Notes: generated by a model from the letters alone, not told the origin. Positions 17,155 through 27,496 are shown, numbered from the stretch's first letter. The stretch is DNA of 64,000 nucleotides from Candidatus Saccharimonadales bacterium (GCA_039920385.1 JBDSDR010000004.1:20125-84124); one strand, 5' to 3'. Numbers and translations: made by a program.

Positions 17155-18264
17155 TTATGAATCTGCTTCGGCTACAACAACTGTGCCTTCATCGGCATCA
17201 ACAATAACTGTCTGGCCGTTTTTTAGTGCCTTTGTAGCGTTAGTTGTGCCGACAATACACGGTTTATGTAATTCTCTGGCTACAATTGCTGCATGCGACA
17301 GTATGCCGCCCTGATTGGTAACTATGGCAGCGGCTTTTTGCATCAAGGGCACATAGCTTGGCGTGGTAACTTCGCAGACTAGTATGGCATTGCTCGGTAG
17401 GTTGATAGCTAAATTATCGGCATCAACTAGGCAGACTGGGCCGCGAGCAACACCACTGCTACCAGTTTGACCACTGACTATAGCTGTATTACTAGATTGG
17501 CTGGTTCGAATAGTAGTGTCGGCGTACATATCACCCAGTGATTTGCTGTAGTCAATATACCAAGTCCCCATTGACGAATCGGTCGTCTCAAAATAGCCTT
17601 GCAAGTAGTTATTTATAAAAACAGCACCAATTAGCCGGTTAAGTTGCTTTTGCTTTGATTTGTCGGCTACGTGAATTAGCTCGGCAAGCTTTTTTAAATG
17701 AACTAATGCTGTTGGGTTGTCGGGCAAAATTGTCCAGTTAGTAAAGTCGTAACGAAAAGCCAACGGCGGCTTATCGTCATGGAAACCTTGAGTTAGTTGG
17801 TGGTGACCGCCAAATATTATTTCGCCCTGTATGCCGTGTTTATTAACAATAAATATAGTGGCCCAAGAATAATCTGGCGGGTGAGGTACAAAATCTGCTC
17901 GGTAGTCAGCCGGGTTAATATCCTGCTCTAAAAACCATGAAAAAGCCTCGCGAATTGTTTTGCCGCGCATACGGAGTTTTGGTAAGTCTTTTTCTTTAGG
18001 GATTAACCGTAACGCACACAGCTCATTGCCACGGGACTTCATGAATTTACCAAAACTCTTATCCTGGTTATTAAGTTGGCTGGCTTCAAACTGAGTTGGT
18101 TTATCAAAAGGTAAGCCAATTACCTCATTGAGAACTTTGAGTCGCTCTCTTTTTTCATTGTCTTCTTTTCTGATTGCTGATGTGTCGGCATGTTTAATAT
18201 CCTCCAGCCATTCGGTCAGTGACTTTTGAGTCTTGAGCAGCTTAGCTAGTTTATAATCAGTCAT
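17155..18264 (-). CDS. Protein with a C-terminal PEP-utilising-enzyme mobile (phospho-His swivel) domain
   Basis: TTPSYVPLM...GGILSHAAIVARELHKPCIVG...VDADEG; N-terminal ~260 aa not recognised. Confidence 0.8.
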   Translation of the reverse strand: MTDYKLAKLLKTQKSLTEWLEDIKHADTSAIRKEDNEKRERLKVLNEVIGLPFDKPTQFEASQLNNQDKSFGKFMKSRGNELCALRLIPKEKDLPKLRMRGKTIREAFSWFLEQDINPADYRADFVPHPPDYSWATIFIVNKHGIQGEIIFGGHHQLTQGFHDDKPPLAFRYDFTNWTILPDNPTALVHLKKLAELIHVADKSKQKQLNRLIGAVFINNYLQGYFETTDSSMGTWYIDYSKSLGDMYADTTIRTSQSSNTAIVSGQTGSSGVARGPVCLVDADNLAINLPSNAILVCEVTTPSYVPLMQKAAAIVTNQGGILSHAAIVARELHKPCIVGTTNATKALKNGQTVIVDADEGTVVVAEADS

Positions 18265-18316
18265 GAAGGCAACTCCTTATCATCTAGTTTACAGCCATTT
18301 TTGCTATGATTACACT

Positions 18317-19582
18317 ATGAATCAAAAAATATCTAATATGACCGAAGCAAACTTGGCCTTAATGGGGTTCATGCCAAAAGCCCAGCCGGTTAGCTGGACA
18401 TTTGCATTAGACCAAATGCGAGCCTTGATGGCGGAGCTCGGTAACCCGCAGGATAAACTTAAAATTATTCATGTTGCCGGCACTTCTGGTAAAACTTCTA
18501 CCAGCTATTATGTTGCCGGTATGCTGCAGCGAGCTGGTAAGCAAGTTGGCCTAACAGTTTCGCCGCATGTGGATAGTGTTCGGGAACGAGTTCAGATAAA
18601 TGGCGATGCCCTGTCGGAAGCTGAATTCTGTAGTTTGCTATCAGAGTTTTTAAGCCTACCGCAGTTCGCCAAGTTTAAACCTAGCTACTTTGGTGTTATG
18701 GTGGCTTTCGCATATTGGGTTTTTGCAAAAAAAGAGCTAGAGTACGCTGTAATTGAAGTTGGCATGGGGGGGCGACTCGATGCCACTAACGTCGTAGAGA
18801 ATGATGATAAAATCGCCGTGATTACTGATATCGGCCTCGACCATACAGAGATGTTAGGGGGCAACCTGGTTAGTATAGCTGGCGAAAAAGCCGAGATAAT
18901 TAAACCCCATAACCAGGTTTTTACGGCAATAGTTGATGAGTCTGTAGCTGAAGTTATCAAAATAAAGTCAGCCGCCGTCGGTGCTAGGCTCACGGTCGTC
19001 AAAGATTTGACTAGTGCTCCAGCAAGCTTGCCATTATTTCAGCAACGCAACTGGTCGGTAGCCAAAGCAGTGCTAGATTTTATAAAAGTTCGAGATAAGT
19101 TCGAGTTTAGCATGGAGCAGGCTAAAAATGCCGCCGAAATAGTCGTGCCAGCTCGTATGGAAACCGTACAATACAAGAGTAAGACCATTATTATGGACGG
19201 CGCCCATAATGCCCAAAAAATTACCGCCCTGTGTCAAAGTTTAAGCCAGCGTTATCCCCAAAAAATGGCGGCTATGATTAGTTTGGCAAGCGGGAAGGAT
19301 CTATCTTTAAGGGATAGCCTAAAGGCCCTCAGCGGCGTGGTCGATTATCTTATAGTAACGACATTTTCGGTAGAACAGGATGTTCCTAAAACTGCAATTG
19401 ACCCTAAGATTATTGAAAAAACCGCCACAGAAGCTGGCATAAAATCGGTTCAAGTAATATCCGACCCTGCCGAAGCTTTTCATAGCCTGTTGGCGCTACC
19501 ACAAAATGACCTACTTATAACCGGTTCATTCTATTTGCTCAATCACATTCGGCCACTAGTAAAGGAGATGGTAAATGATTAA
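18317..19582 (+). CDS. folC: Folylpolyglutamate synthase / dihydrofolate synthase
   Basis: HVAGTSGKTS, SPH, EVGMGGRLDATN, DGAHN, TGSFYL; start moved to ATG 18317. Confidence 0.92.
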   Translation: MNQKISNMTEANLALMGFMPKAQPVSWTFALDQMRALMAELGNPQDKLKIIHVAGTSGKTSTSYYVAGMLQRAGKQVGLTVSPHVDSVRERVQINGDALSEAEFCSLLSEFLSLPQFAKFKPSYFGVMVAFAYWVFAKKELEYAVIEVGMGGRLDATNVVENDDKIAVITDIGLDHTEMLGGNLVSIAGEKAEIIKPHNQVFTAIVDESVAEVIKIKSAAVGARLTVVKDLTSAPASLPLFQQRNWSVAKAVLDFIKVRDKFEFSMEQAKNAAEIVVPARMETVQYKSKTIIMDGAHNAQKITALCQSLSQRYPQKMAAMISLASGKDLSLRDSLKALSGVVDYLIVTTFSVEQDVPKTAIDPKIIEKTATEAGIKSVQVISDPAEAFHSLLALPQNDLLITGSFYLLNHIRPLVKEMVND

Positions 19583-20054
19583 GGCAATCCTGGCGATTGA
19601 TCAAGCCAATGGATTAGCAACTGATGCCGGTATCCCGTGGGATATCCCGACCGACCAAAATTATGTGCACCAGACAATCTCGACTCAGCCAGTTGTTATG
19701 GGTTATCGAACTTACCAAGAAATGAAAGTGCTGCCAAAAAATGATCCGAGTTTTGTAGTGATTCATCCGGGCACAAAACTAAGGGATGGTTTTGTTGCCG
19801 TCAGCGATGTTAATCAACTGATTAAAAAGTACCAGAACAGTAAGCAGACCTTGTGGGTTATTGGTGGCGCTAAAATCTATCAGGAGCTATTACCGCAAAC
19901 CCAGGAGCTATATGTAACCAGGGTGGGCAGCTTATTCAACTGCACGAAGTTTTTTCCGGAATTCGAAGCGCAGTATACGATGATTGAGACCAGCCCTCCG
20001 AAGCAAGAAAATGGCATACCTTTTCATTTCGAGATTTGGCGTAGAAATGTCTAG
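19575..20054 (+). CDS. folA: Dihydrofolate reductase
   Basis: IPWDIPTD, VVMGYRTY, VIGGAKIY and FFP motifs. Confidence 0.9.
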   Translation: MIKAILAIDQANGLATDAGIPWDIPTDQNYVHQTISTQPVVMGYRTYQEMKVLPKNDPSFVVIHPGTKLRDGFVAVSDVNQLIKKYQNSKQTLWVIGGAKIYQELLPQTQELYVTRVGSLFNCTKFFPEFEAQYTMIETSPPKQENGIPFHFEIWRRNV

Positions 20055-20083
20055 AATCAGGTATAATAGTAACTAAGTAATTT

Positions 20084-21268
20084 ATGAAAAAAGCTGCTAT
20101 ATCGCCTAAAAAGGCTCAGGTTGCTGACCCCACCGGTCGCGCCAAAAATTATCAAGTCAGCCGGGCTCTACCTGACTTAAGAAACCAAAAATTAGCTCCT
20201 AAACCACTATCCAAGGCCACCAAAACCAGACGATTCAACAAAAAGAAAATAGTGAAGAGAACACTTCTAGTACTACTGGCAGTTTTTATTATTGTCGGGG
20301 GTTGGTTAGGTTACAAGGTGATTCTTAATAGCAATCGTCTCGGCACTAATATTTGGAGCATTTTTGATAACTCTAAACTTAGAGGCGAAGATAGAGGTCG
20401 GATAAACATCCTGTTAGCCGGTGATTCGTCCGACGACCCCGGTCACGCCGGTGCCGAATTAACTGACTCGATTATGCTAATTAGCATTAATCCTAATAAT
20501 AAAACTGCTTTTGCTATGAGTATCCCGCGCGATCTTTACGTAAATATTCCTGGCAATGACTACTCAAAGATCAACGCCGCTAATGTTTACGGTAATGCTG
20601 ATGGTTTTAAAGAAGCTGGATATCCCGACGGGGGCATGGGTTTACTAGAAAAGACAGTTAGCCAAACGCTTGGTATCCCGATCGATTATTATGCCCTAAT
20701 CAACTACACGGCTTTTAAAGATACAGTTAATGCAGTCGGCGGTGTGACGGTAACAATCGATAGTGGTTACAAAAACGGTGTTTACGATCCGTTTGCTAAT
20801 CTTAAATTGCCAAACGGGACTATGCAGATAAATGGTGATCAGGCACTGGCGTTGTCGCGAGCTCGTGGCGAGGGGCCGGGCGCATTTGGGGTTGGCAGCG
20901 ACTTTGATCGTACGCAGTATCAGCGGGATATATTGCTGGCCTTAAAAGATAAGGCGACTAGCACCGGAGTCCTGACAAACCCGGTTAAAATTAGCAGTCT
21001 ATTTGATGCCGTCGGCAATAATGTTAAAACAGATCTTTCACTGGGTAATATACGCCGCCTCAATAACCTAACCAAAGATATCAACAATGCTGATGTTAAG
21101 TCGGTTAGCTTGAATGATGTTGATGGTAAAAACTTGTTAATTAGCTACACGACTCGCAATGGTCAGTCGGCATTGGTCCCAGCTGCCGGCATTGATGATT
21201 TCTCGCAAATAAAAGAACTTCTCAATCAGTTATTTAATAGCGTACCAACTGCGCCGAAGACAAATTAA
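20084..21268 (+). CDS. LCP (LytR-CpsA-Psr) family cell-wall glycopolymer transferase
   Basis: TM; TDSIML, SIPRDLYV, KINAA, SRAR and SDFDRTQYQ motifs. Confidence 0.92.
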   Translation: MKKAAISPKKAQVADPTGRAKNYQVSRALPDLRNQKLAPKPLSKATKTRRFNKKKIVKRTLLVLLAVFIIVGGWLGYKVILNSNRLGTNIWSIFDNSKLRGEDRGRINILLAGDSSDDPGHAGAELTDSIMLISINPNNKTAFAMSIPRDLYVNIPGNDYSKINAANVYGNADGFKEAGYPDGGMGLLEKTVSQTLGIPIDYYALINYTAFKDTVNAVGGVTVTIDSGYKNGVYDPFANLKLPNGTMQINGDQALALSRARGEGPGAFGVGSDFDRTQYQRDILLALKDKATSTGVLTNPVKISSLFDAVGNNVKTDLSLGNIRRLNNLTKDINNADVKSVSLNDVDGKNLLISYTTRNGQSALVPAAGIDDFSQIKELLNQLFNSVPTAPKTN

Positions 21269-22033
21269 ATGCCCCATAAAGCAATAATTATCGGCGGAAT
21301 ATGCTTGGGTGTAGTCGGTCTGTTTGTAGCCCTGGAGGCGGCCTTCGTTAAGTACAATGGTAAGAATGTGCCAGCCCCAAATATCCCAAGGCAATCTGTG
21401 GCGCAAGGCCAAGGTCCTAGACTTAATTATTATGTTCTTGGCGACAGCACTGCCGTAGCGCAGGGCGCCGATTACCTGCAGGGAGTGGCAATTGGCACCG
21501 CCAACCAGTTGGCTAATAACTATGCCGTTACCATGACAAACCTAGGTGTCTCGGGGGCTCGAACTAGTGATGTTGCTAGTAGCCAGGTAGATCAAATAAA
21601 AACTAAACCCGATCTTGTAATGATATTGGTTGGGTCGAATGACGTTACTCATTTTACGGCCAACAAGTCAGTAGAAACTTCGCTACGGTCGATAACCGAT
21701 AAATTAGTAAACCTGAACTGTGATACGAAAATTGTTATCACAGGAGCAGCCCAAATGGGCGCGGTGCCTCGCTTTCCGCAACCGCTCCGTTTGATTGCTG
21801 GTTGGCGATCTAATCAACTCAACAAAACTTTTAGACAGTTTAGCCAGACGCATAACTTCACTTTTGCCGAACTGGCTAGTAAAACTGGCCCAACCTTTAA
21901 GAATAATCGTAGTTTGTTTGCACAAGATAACTTCCACCCTAATGCCCAAGGCTACGCAGTCTGGACACCGGTATTGGCCGAATCGCTAAACGATGCTTTG
22001 GTCAACCAAGTATCGCACTGCCCCCAAGATTAG
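21269..22033 (+). CDS. SGNH/GDSL hydrolase with N-terminal anchor
   Basis: GDSTA, SGA, GSND and DNFHP blocks. Confidence 0.9.
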   Translation: MPHKAIIIGGICLGVVGLFVALEAAFVKYNGKNVPAPNIPRQSVAQGQGPRLNYYVLGDSTAVAQGADYLQGVAIGTANQLANNYAVTMTNLGVSGARTSDVASSQVDQIKTKPDLVMILVGSNDVTHFTANKSVETSLRSITDKLVNLNCDTKIVITGAAQMGAVPRFPQPLRLIAGWRSNQLNKTFRQFSQTHNFTFAELASKTGPTFKNNRSLFAQDNFHPNAQGYAVWTPVLAESLNDALVNQVSHCPQD

Positions 22034-22095
22034 GCTATTATATCTAGGTTAGACATAAGTAAAAAATTACTTTGTTGACTAGCAAAAGGAAACAA

Positions 22096-22932
22096 ATGGA
22101 AACATACGATCTTGCCGCCCAACAGGCTGCCCGGGTTTTAACTCATACTTTTTCAACTTCGTTTAGTCGCTCAATCTATTTTTTTAAACCTAGAATGCGA
22201 CAGCATATCTATAATCTCTATGGTTTAGTCAGAGTAGCCGACGAAGTTGTTGACAGTTACCACGGTAAAGATGCCTTGGCTATTTTAAATAAGCTGGAAG
22301 ACGACACCTACCAGGCCATCAAGACCGGCTATAGTTCCAATGTCATCATCCATGCCTTTTTGCTAACTGCCCAGCAAGCCGATATCGGCAAAGAGCTCAT
22401 CAAGCCATTTTTTGATAGTATGCGAATGGACATTGAACCACGAAAGTACCATGCCAGCAAAGATTACGAAAAGTATATTTACGGTTCAGCCGAAGTAGTC
22501 GGCTTAATGTGCTTAAAGGTGTTTTGCATGGGTGATAAATCTGGTTATCAAAAGCTACAGCAAGGTGCCAAAGCGCTCGGTTCGGCTTTTCAGAAAATTA
22601 ATTTTTTAAGGGATATTGCCGACGACTATAAACGGCTCGGTCGTTACTACTTCCCAGTCGGTTCTTTTGCGACGTTCGATGATAGTATTAAGAGCGAAAT
22701 TGTGGCAGATATAAATCTGGATATGAAATTGGCCAAAACTGCTATGGAGCAATTACCAAAAGATGCCCAAACTGCAGTGTGCGTAGCCTACGAATACTTT
22801 GCAACACTTTTGACTCGGCTCAGTAAGTCTCCTGCCAAACAGTTAAAGAAGGAGCGTTTAAGAGTTAGTAACCCACACAAGCGATGGATTATTGGTTCGG
22901 TTATAGTCAGGCAAAAAATTCGTGGTAAATAA
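22096..22932 (+). CDS. crtB: Phytoene synthase
   Basis: STSF, RVADEVVD, YIYGSAEVVGLM and NFLRD motifs; AAGGA RBS before ATG 22096. Confidence 0.92.
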   Translation: METYDLAAQQAARVLTHTFSTSFSRSIYFFKPRMRQHIYNLYGLVRVADEVVDSYHGKDALAILNKLEDDTYQAIKTGYSSNVIIHAFLLTAQQADIGKELIKPFFDSMRMDIEPRKYHASKDYEKYIYGSAEVVGLMCLKVFCMGDKSGYQKLQQGAKALGSAFQKINFLRDIADDYKRLGRYYFPVGSFATFDDSIKSEIVADINLDMKLAKTAMEQLPKDAQTAVCVAYEYFATLLTRLSKSPAKQLKKERLRVSNPHKRWIIGSVIVRQKIRGK

Positions 22933-24451
22933 GCCGGCCAGCCAAAAAACGGCTGTAATAATTGGCGCCGGAATTGGCGGACTAGGGGTAGCGGCGTTAT
23001 TGTCAGCTGATGGTTGGCGAGTAAAGGTTTACGAACAGGCGGCCGGTCCTGGTGGACGTGCCGGAATCTGGCAAAAAGATGGTTTTCGGTTCGATACTGG
23101 TCCTTCTTGGTATTTAATGCCCGAGGTTTTTGAGCACTACTTTGAATTACTAGGAGAAAAGCGGAATGATTATTTTCAGCTACAAAAACTTTCGCCAGCC
23201 TACAAAGTATTTACAGAAACTGAAGCACCAATAGTTGTGACTGGCGATATTGAGCAGGATAGCCAGACATTTGATGACATTGAAGCTGGTGCTGGCAACC
23301 AGCTTAAAAAATACTTAAAAAACGCCGAGCAAACCTATAACTTGGCGGTCAAGTATTTTTTGTATAATCCGTTTCGCAGTATCGGCCCGCTACTAAAGAT
23401 CGAGATATTCAAAAAACTACCATTCATGTTAACGCAGTTACTGCAACCAATTAGCAGCTATGTTAATAAGTATGTCAGACGACAGGTGTTGCAGCAGATA
23501 CTAGAGTATCCAATGGTGTTTTTGGGCACCTCACCGTATCAAGCTCCGGCCCTGTATCACTTAATGAGCCACATGGATTTTGCCCAAGGAGTGTTTTTCC
23601 CAAAAGGCGGTATGTTTAAAGTGATTGAAGCCATCGAGTCTATTAACAAAAAGCGGGGGACAGAGCTTAACTACAACCAGTCAGTTAGCAGGATTGTTTA
23701 TGAAAATAAAAAAGCTACTGGAGTTTTGCTGAGCAACGGTGATACTGTCTCGGCCGATATTGTTATTTCAAATGCCGACCTGCACTTTACCGAAACCCAA
23801 TTACTTGCCGAAGAAGTTCAATCATACCCAGAAAAATTTTGGTCCAATAAAGTGGCTGGCCCATCAGCTCTTTTAATGTACTTGGGGGTTAAGGGGCAGT
23901 TACCGGAACTAGAGCATCATAACTTACTATTCGCAAAAGCCTGGGAGCAAAATTTTAAACAGATTTTTGAAAGTAAAGTTTGGCCCGATAAAGCTTCTAT
24001 GTACATTAGCCGTACCTCGGCTAGCGATAAATCGACTGCACCAAACGATAGCCAGAATATTTTTGTACTAGTACCATTACCGGCTGGTCATAGTGAAGAT
24101 CTGGAACAATATGCCGAAAAATATCTTGGTCAGATTGAGTCAATCACTGGCATAAAGGACTTTCGGGAAAGAATAACCCTGAAAAGGTTGTACGGACCAG
24201 ACGATTTTACGAATGATTTTAATGCTTGGCAAGGCACGGCTTTAGGCATGGCACATATTCTTAAGCAGAGCGCTATGTTTAGGCCAGCCGTAAAAAGTAA
24301 AAAACTAACCAATCTTTATTACGTTGGTGGCAACACCCAGCCCGGTATTGGGCTGCCAATGTGTCTGATTAGCGCCGAACTCGTCTATAAGCGCCTTGTT
24401 GGCGATAACTCGGCCGGACCCTTAGAAAGCCTTGGTAGGTCACATGGGTAG
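22922..24451 (+). CDS. crtI: Phytoene desaturase
   Basis: IIGAGIGG FAD motif, FDTGPSWYLMP, PGIGLPMCLISA. Confidence 0.93.
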   Translation: MVNKPASQKTAVIIGAGIGGLGVAALLSADGWRVKVYEQAAGPGGRAGIWQKDGFRFDTGPSWYLMPEVFEHYFELLGEKRNDYFQLQKLSPAYKVFTETEAPIVVTGDIEQDSQTFDDIEAGAGNQLKKYLKNAEQTYNLAVKYFLYNPFRSIGPLLKIEIFKKLPFMLTQLLQPISSYVNKYVRRQVLQQILEYPMVFLGTSPYQAPALYHLMSHMDFAQGVFFPKGGMFKVIEAIESINKKRGTELNYNQSVSRIVYENKKATGVLLSNGDTVSADIVISNADLHFTETQLLAEEVQSYPEKFWSNKVAGPSALLMYLGVKGQLPELEHHNLLFAKAWEQNFKQIFESKVWPDKASMYISRTSASDKSTAPNDSQNIFVLVPLPAGHSEDLEQYAEKYLGQIESITGIKDFRERITLKRLYGPDDFTNDFNAWQGTALGMAHILKQSAMFRPAVKSKKLTNLYYVGGNTQPGIGLPMCLISAELVYKRLVGDNSAGPLESLGRSHG

Positions 24452-24755
24452 CATTTATCTAGTGGCCCTGACTTTTTCGTTGACTGGCTTGCTCATAGCA
24501 GATAGACGTTATAAATTAGTCTGGTTCTTAAGTTGGCGAAGGGCCTTAAAAGTATTATCGCCTGTTTATCTGTTGTTTATAGGCTGGGACTTGGTTGGGA
24601 TTGGATCGCAGATTTTTTATACTGGACCATCAGACTACCTATTGGGTTGGCAAGTCTTACCTAACTTCCCGGTAGAGGAACTACTATTTTTGGGCTTATT
24701 GGTGTACACGCCGTTAGTAATTTGGCAGTATTTAAAGAAGCAACATTATGTATAG
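24444..24755 (+). CDS. Lycopene/C50 carotenoid cyclase subunit (CrtYe/CrtYg-like)
   Basis: DRRYKL...WDLVGI...PVEELLF lycopene cyclase domain pattern; lies in the crt operon. Confidence 0.82.
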   Translation: MGSIYLVALTFSLTGLLIADRRYKLVWFLSWRRALKVLSPVYLLFIGWDLVGIGSQIFYTGPSDYLLGWQVLPNFPVEELLFLGLLVYTPLVIWQYLKKQHYV

Positions 24756-25026
24756 GTATCTGATAATTAATCTGATATTTTGCTTGCCATTAGCTATAGT
24801 ATGGTTTGTACACCCTAAGCCAAAACGGCGGTTACTGGCAGTACTGCTAATAATGTTGTCTCTGACGGCTATTTTTGACAGTTTGATTATTGCCTTTGAT
24901 ATTGTTGGCTATAACCAGCAATATACAGCTGGGCTGGTTATTATTAAGGCGCCGATTGAGGATTTCTTTTATACTGTAGTAGCAACAGTTTTAACAATTA
25001 GTTTATGGGAAAGATATTCCAGATGA
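24748..25026 (+). CDS. Lycopene/C50 carotenoid cyclase subunit (CrtYf/CrtYh-like)
   Basis: LTAIFDSLII...Y...APIEDFFY pattern; lies in the crt operon. Confidence 0.82.
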   Translation: MYRYLIINLIFCLPLAIVWFVHPKPKRRLLAVLLIMLSLTAIFDSLIIAFDIVGYNQQYTAGLVIIKAPIEDFFYTVVATVLTISLWERYSR

Positions 25027-25871
25027 ATCGTATTGTCGAACTAGTTAAGACATCTCGGCCAATTTCTTGGGTTAATACCGCCTATCCGTTTTCGGCCGGG
25101 TATATTGTGGTTAGCGGTCAGCTAAACTGGTTTTGGCTGGTTGCTACAGTTTACTTTTTAATTCCATATAATCTTTTGATGTACGGGATTAACGATGTTT
25201 TTGATTACGAATCTGACTTACAAAATCCCCGTAAAGGCGGTATAGAGGGGGCAGTAACCGAGCGTTCATTACACCGAACAATTATATGGAGCTCACTACT
25301 CCTCGGCCTACCATTCTTAATTTACATGGTTAGCCAGACGTCTTGGCAAGCTAGTTTATGGTTGGTTTTTGTACTATTTATGGTGATTGCCTATAGCGCC
25401 CCAAAACTTCGTTTTAAAGAGCGCCCCTTTTTAGATTCGGCTACTTCTAGTATTCACTTTGTTGGCCCGTTAATTTATGGATTGATTGTGCTGGGCTGGC
25501 GAGCTGACTTCTGGCCATATGTGGTAGCCTTCTTCTTGTGGGGAATGGCCAGTCATGCATTTGGTGCTGTCCAAGATATTGAGGCTGACCGAAAAGGTAA
25601 AATTGCTTCGATTGGAACAATCATGGGGGCTAAATGGACGACACGGTTTTCTTTGTTGCTGTATGTTTTGTGCGCCGGTTTATTGGTATTGCAAGGTCGA
25701 CAAACCTGGGCTATTGGGTTGTGTGCCTTGCTGTACGCCGCTAATGCCGCACCTTACTATAATCTGCCAGACAAAGACTGCGAAGTAGCAAATGCTGGCT
25801 GGCACCGGTTTATCTGGCTTAACTTTATAACGGGTGCGGTAGTAACTATCAGCTTAATTTTAATCATCTAA
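25023..25871 (+). CDS. crtEb: Lycopene elongase (UbiA-family prenyltransferase)
   Basis: SRPISWVNTAYPF, YGINDVFDYESDLQNPRKGGIEG and SHAFGAVQDIEAD motifs of CrtEb/LyeJ; operon context. Confidence 0.85.
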   Translation: MNRIVELVKTSRPISWVNTAYPFSAGYIVVSGQLNWFWLVATVYFLIPYNLLMYGINDVFDYESDLQNPRKGGIEGAVTERSLHRTIIWSSLLLGLPFLIYMVSQTSWQASLWLVFVLFMVIAYSAPKLRFKERPFLDSATSSIHFVGPLIYGLIVLGWRADFWPYVVAFFLWGMASHAFGAVQDIEADRKGKIASIGTIMGAKWTTRFSLLLYVLCAGLLVLQGRQTWAIGLCALLYAANAAPYYNLPDKDCEVANAGWHRFIWLNFITGAVVTISLILII

Positions 25872-25911
25872 TCTCTGTTAATAGTAGGTAGTTGTGCTAA
25901 ACTTAATGTCT

Positions 25912-26739
25912 ATGACTAAGAAAGTTGCCATTCAGGGTGAGGAAGCTTCGTTTCACGGTATTGCCGCTCACCAGTTCTTTGGCAACGCTATCGAACTAGT
26001 ATATTGCGATACCTTTAGCGACACCTTTGCAGCTGTTGAAAACGGTGTGGCCGACTATGCAGTTTGTGCAATCGAAAATTCACTTTTCGGATCAATTAAC
26101 CAAACTTACGACCTTTTAGTGAATTACGATTTTTCGATTGTTGGTGAGGTTTATTTACGAATTAAGCAGTGTTTGGTAACTGTACCGGGTGCTTCGTTAA
26201 GCGATATTACTGAAGTCTATTCACACCCTGTTGCGCTGGCTCAATGCGGCGACTATTTAGATGCCAATCTTCCAAATGCTAAGCGTCTCGAATATCGCGA
26301 CACTGCCGCCAGTATTGCCCAGGTTAAAGCTTTGCAGAAAAAGTCTGTGGCTGGTATTGGTAGCCAAGAGGCCGCCGAGATTTATGGGATGCAAGTACTT
26401 GCCGAGGAAATCGAAACCAACCAGCAAAACTACACCCGTTTCATTGTGCTCGAATCAAAACCGAGGGTTGTTAGTGATGCCGACAAGACTTCGCTGATAG
26501 TTAAGACTGCACACCACCCAGGCGCTTTATATGACGCCTTGGGCGCGTTTGCCAAACACGGCATAAACCTAAGCAAGCTTCAATCACGGCCGATTATTGG
26601 CAAGGCTTGGCACTACATATTTTATGTTGATATCGAAGAGTCAGCTCAACACCCTAACTTTGAGCTTGCTATCAAGGAACTTGGCCAACAAGATTGCCAG
26701 GTGACAATCTTGGGCAGCTACAAAAACGACCGACACTAA
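25912..26739 (+). CDS. pheA: Prephenate dehydratase with ACT domain
   Basis: IENS, SHPVALAQC, NYTRF and NLSKLQSRP motifs; exact start uncertain (25894, 25906 or 25912). Confidence 0.92.
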   Translation: MTKKVAIQGEEASFHGIAAHQFFGNAIELVYCDTFSDTFAAVENGVADYAVCAIENSLFGSINQTYDLLVNYDFSIVGEVYLRIKQCLVTVPGASLSDITEVYSHPVALAQCGDYLDANLPNAKRLEYRDTAASIAQVKALQKKSVAGIGSQEAAEIYGMQVLAEEIETNQQNYTRFIVLESKPRVVSDADKTSLIVKTAHHPGALYDALGAFAKHGINLSKLQSRPIIGKAWHYIFYVDIEESAQHPNFELAIKELGQQDCQVTILGSYKNDRH

Positions 26740-27074
26740 GAAATTCGGTTCTTGCAGATCACGATAATTTCAGTTAGCAGCTGGTCGGGGATTGGTCGCT
26801 TAACTGTAAATTGTACGGTGCCCTTGGAGGTCTTAAAGCCAGTCAGTTTGGCAGACATTAGCTCGACCGCCTCAGCCCCGGGGAAAATACTCATATGGTC
26901 TTTGAAAGGCGCAAAACCCAGTAGGTATTTACCTTTATACTTTAGGACCGGCATGCCGTAACCAATTGTTTCTTCGGCCTCTGGAACCAATCCTTTAGCC
27001 AGAGATCGGATATGCTCCAGGTTTTGTTTTTGGTCGCTTGGGAGATTTTTTAAGTAATCGTCAATTACAGACAC
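26736..27074 (-). CDS. DUF1801 (YdhG-like) protein
   Basis: IDDYL...PEAEETIGYGMP...KGTVQF pattern. Confidence 0.85.
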   Translation of the reverse strand: MSVIDDYLKNLPSDQKQNLEHIRSLAKGLVPEAEETIGYGMPVLKYKGKYLLGFAPFKDHMSIFPGAEAVELMSAKLTGFKTSKGTVQFTVKRPIPDQLLTEIIVICKNRIS

Positions 27075-27082
27075 GGCTAGTC

Positions 27083-27496
27083 TTAAAATGCGCTAAGGAT
27101 TGCTACGGCTGTCATTAGGCATGCAAACGAACCACTCGCCATAATTAGAGCTTTTGTAACCATCCATTTTGGTGGTGTACCGCCAAAGATGATGGCAGCG
27201 ATTTGAGTTGGAACGACAAAACCGACCCAGGCCATAGCGGCCAGCTTGTAGGCCGAGTAGTCTGGAAGCATAAGCATGAGTTTTGCCAAAACAACGGTTG
27301 TAGCAGCAGTAATAATAAGCTGAATTACTAAAAGCGGCATCATTTGTTTTTGAGCAGCCTGCTTATCAGCTTTACTGAGGTCATCAAAGCCGTGAATTTT
27401 ACGCCACAGACTTCCGAAAATCGGCATATACCAGATGGCGCCAATTATAAATTCAGCAACAGTCGCTACAGCCACAGCTAAGTAGTTAATAGTCAT
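27083..27496 (-). CDS. DUF1761 family membrane protein
   Basis: INYLAVAVA...IGAIWY...FG..W start pattern; four TMs. Confidence 0.8.
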   Translation of the reverse strand: MTINYLAVAVATVAEFIIGAIWYMPIFGSLWRKIHGFDDLSKADKQAAQKQMMPLLVIQLIITAATTVVLAKLMLMLPDYSAYKLAAMAWVGFVVPTQIAAIIFGGTPPKWMVTKALIMASGSFACLMTAVAILSAF

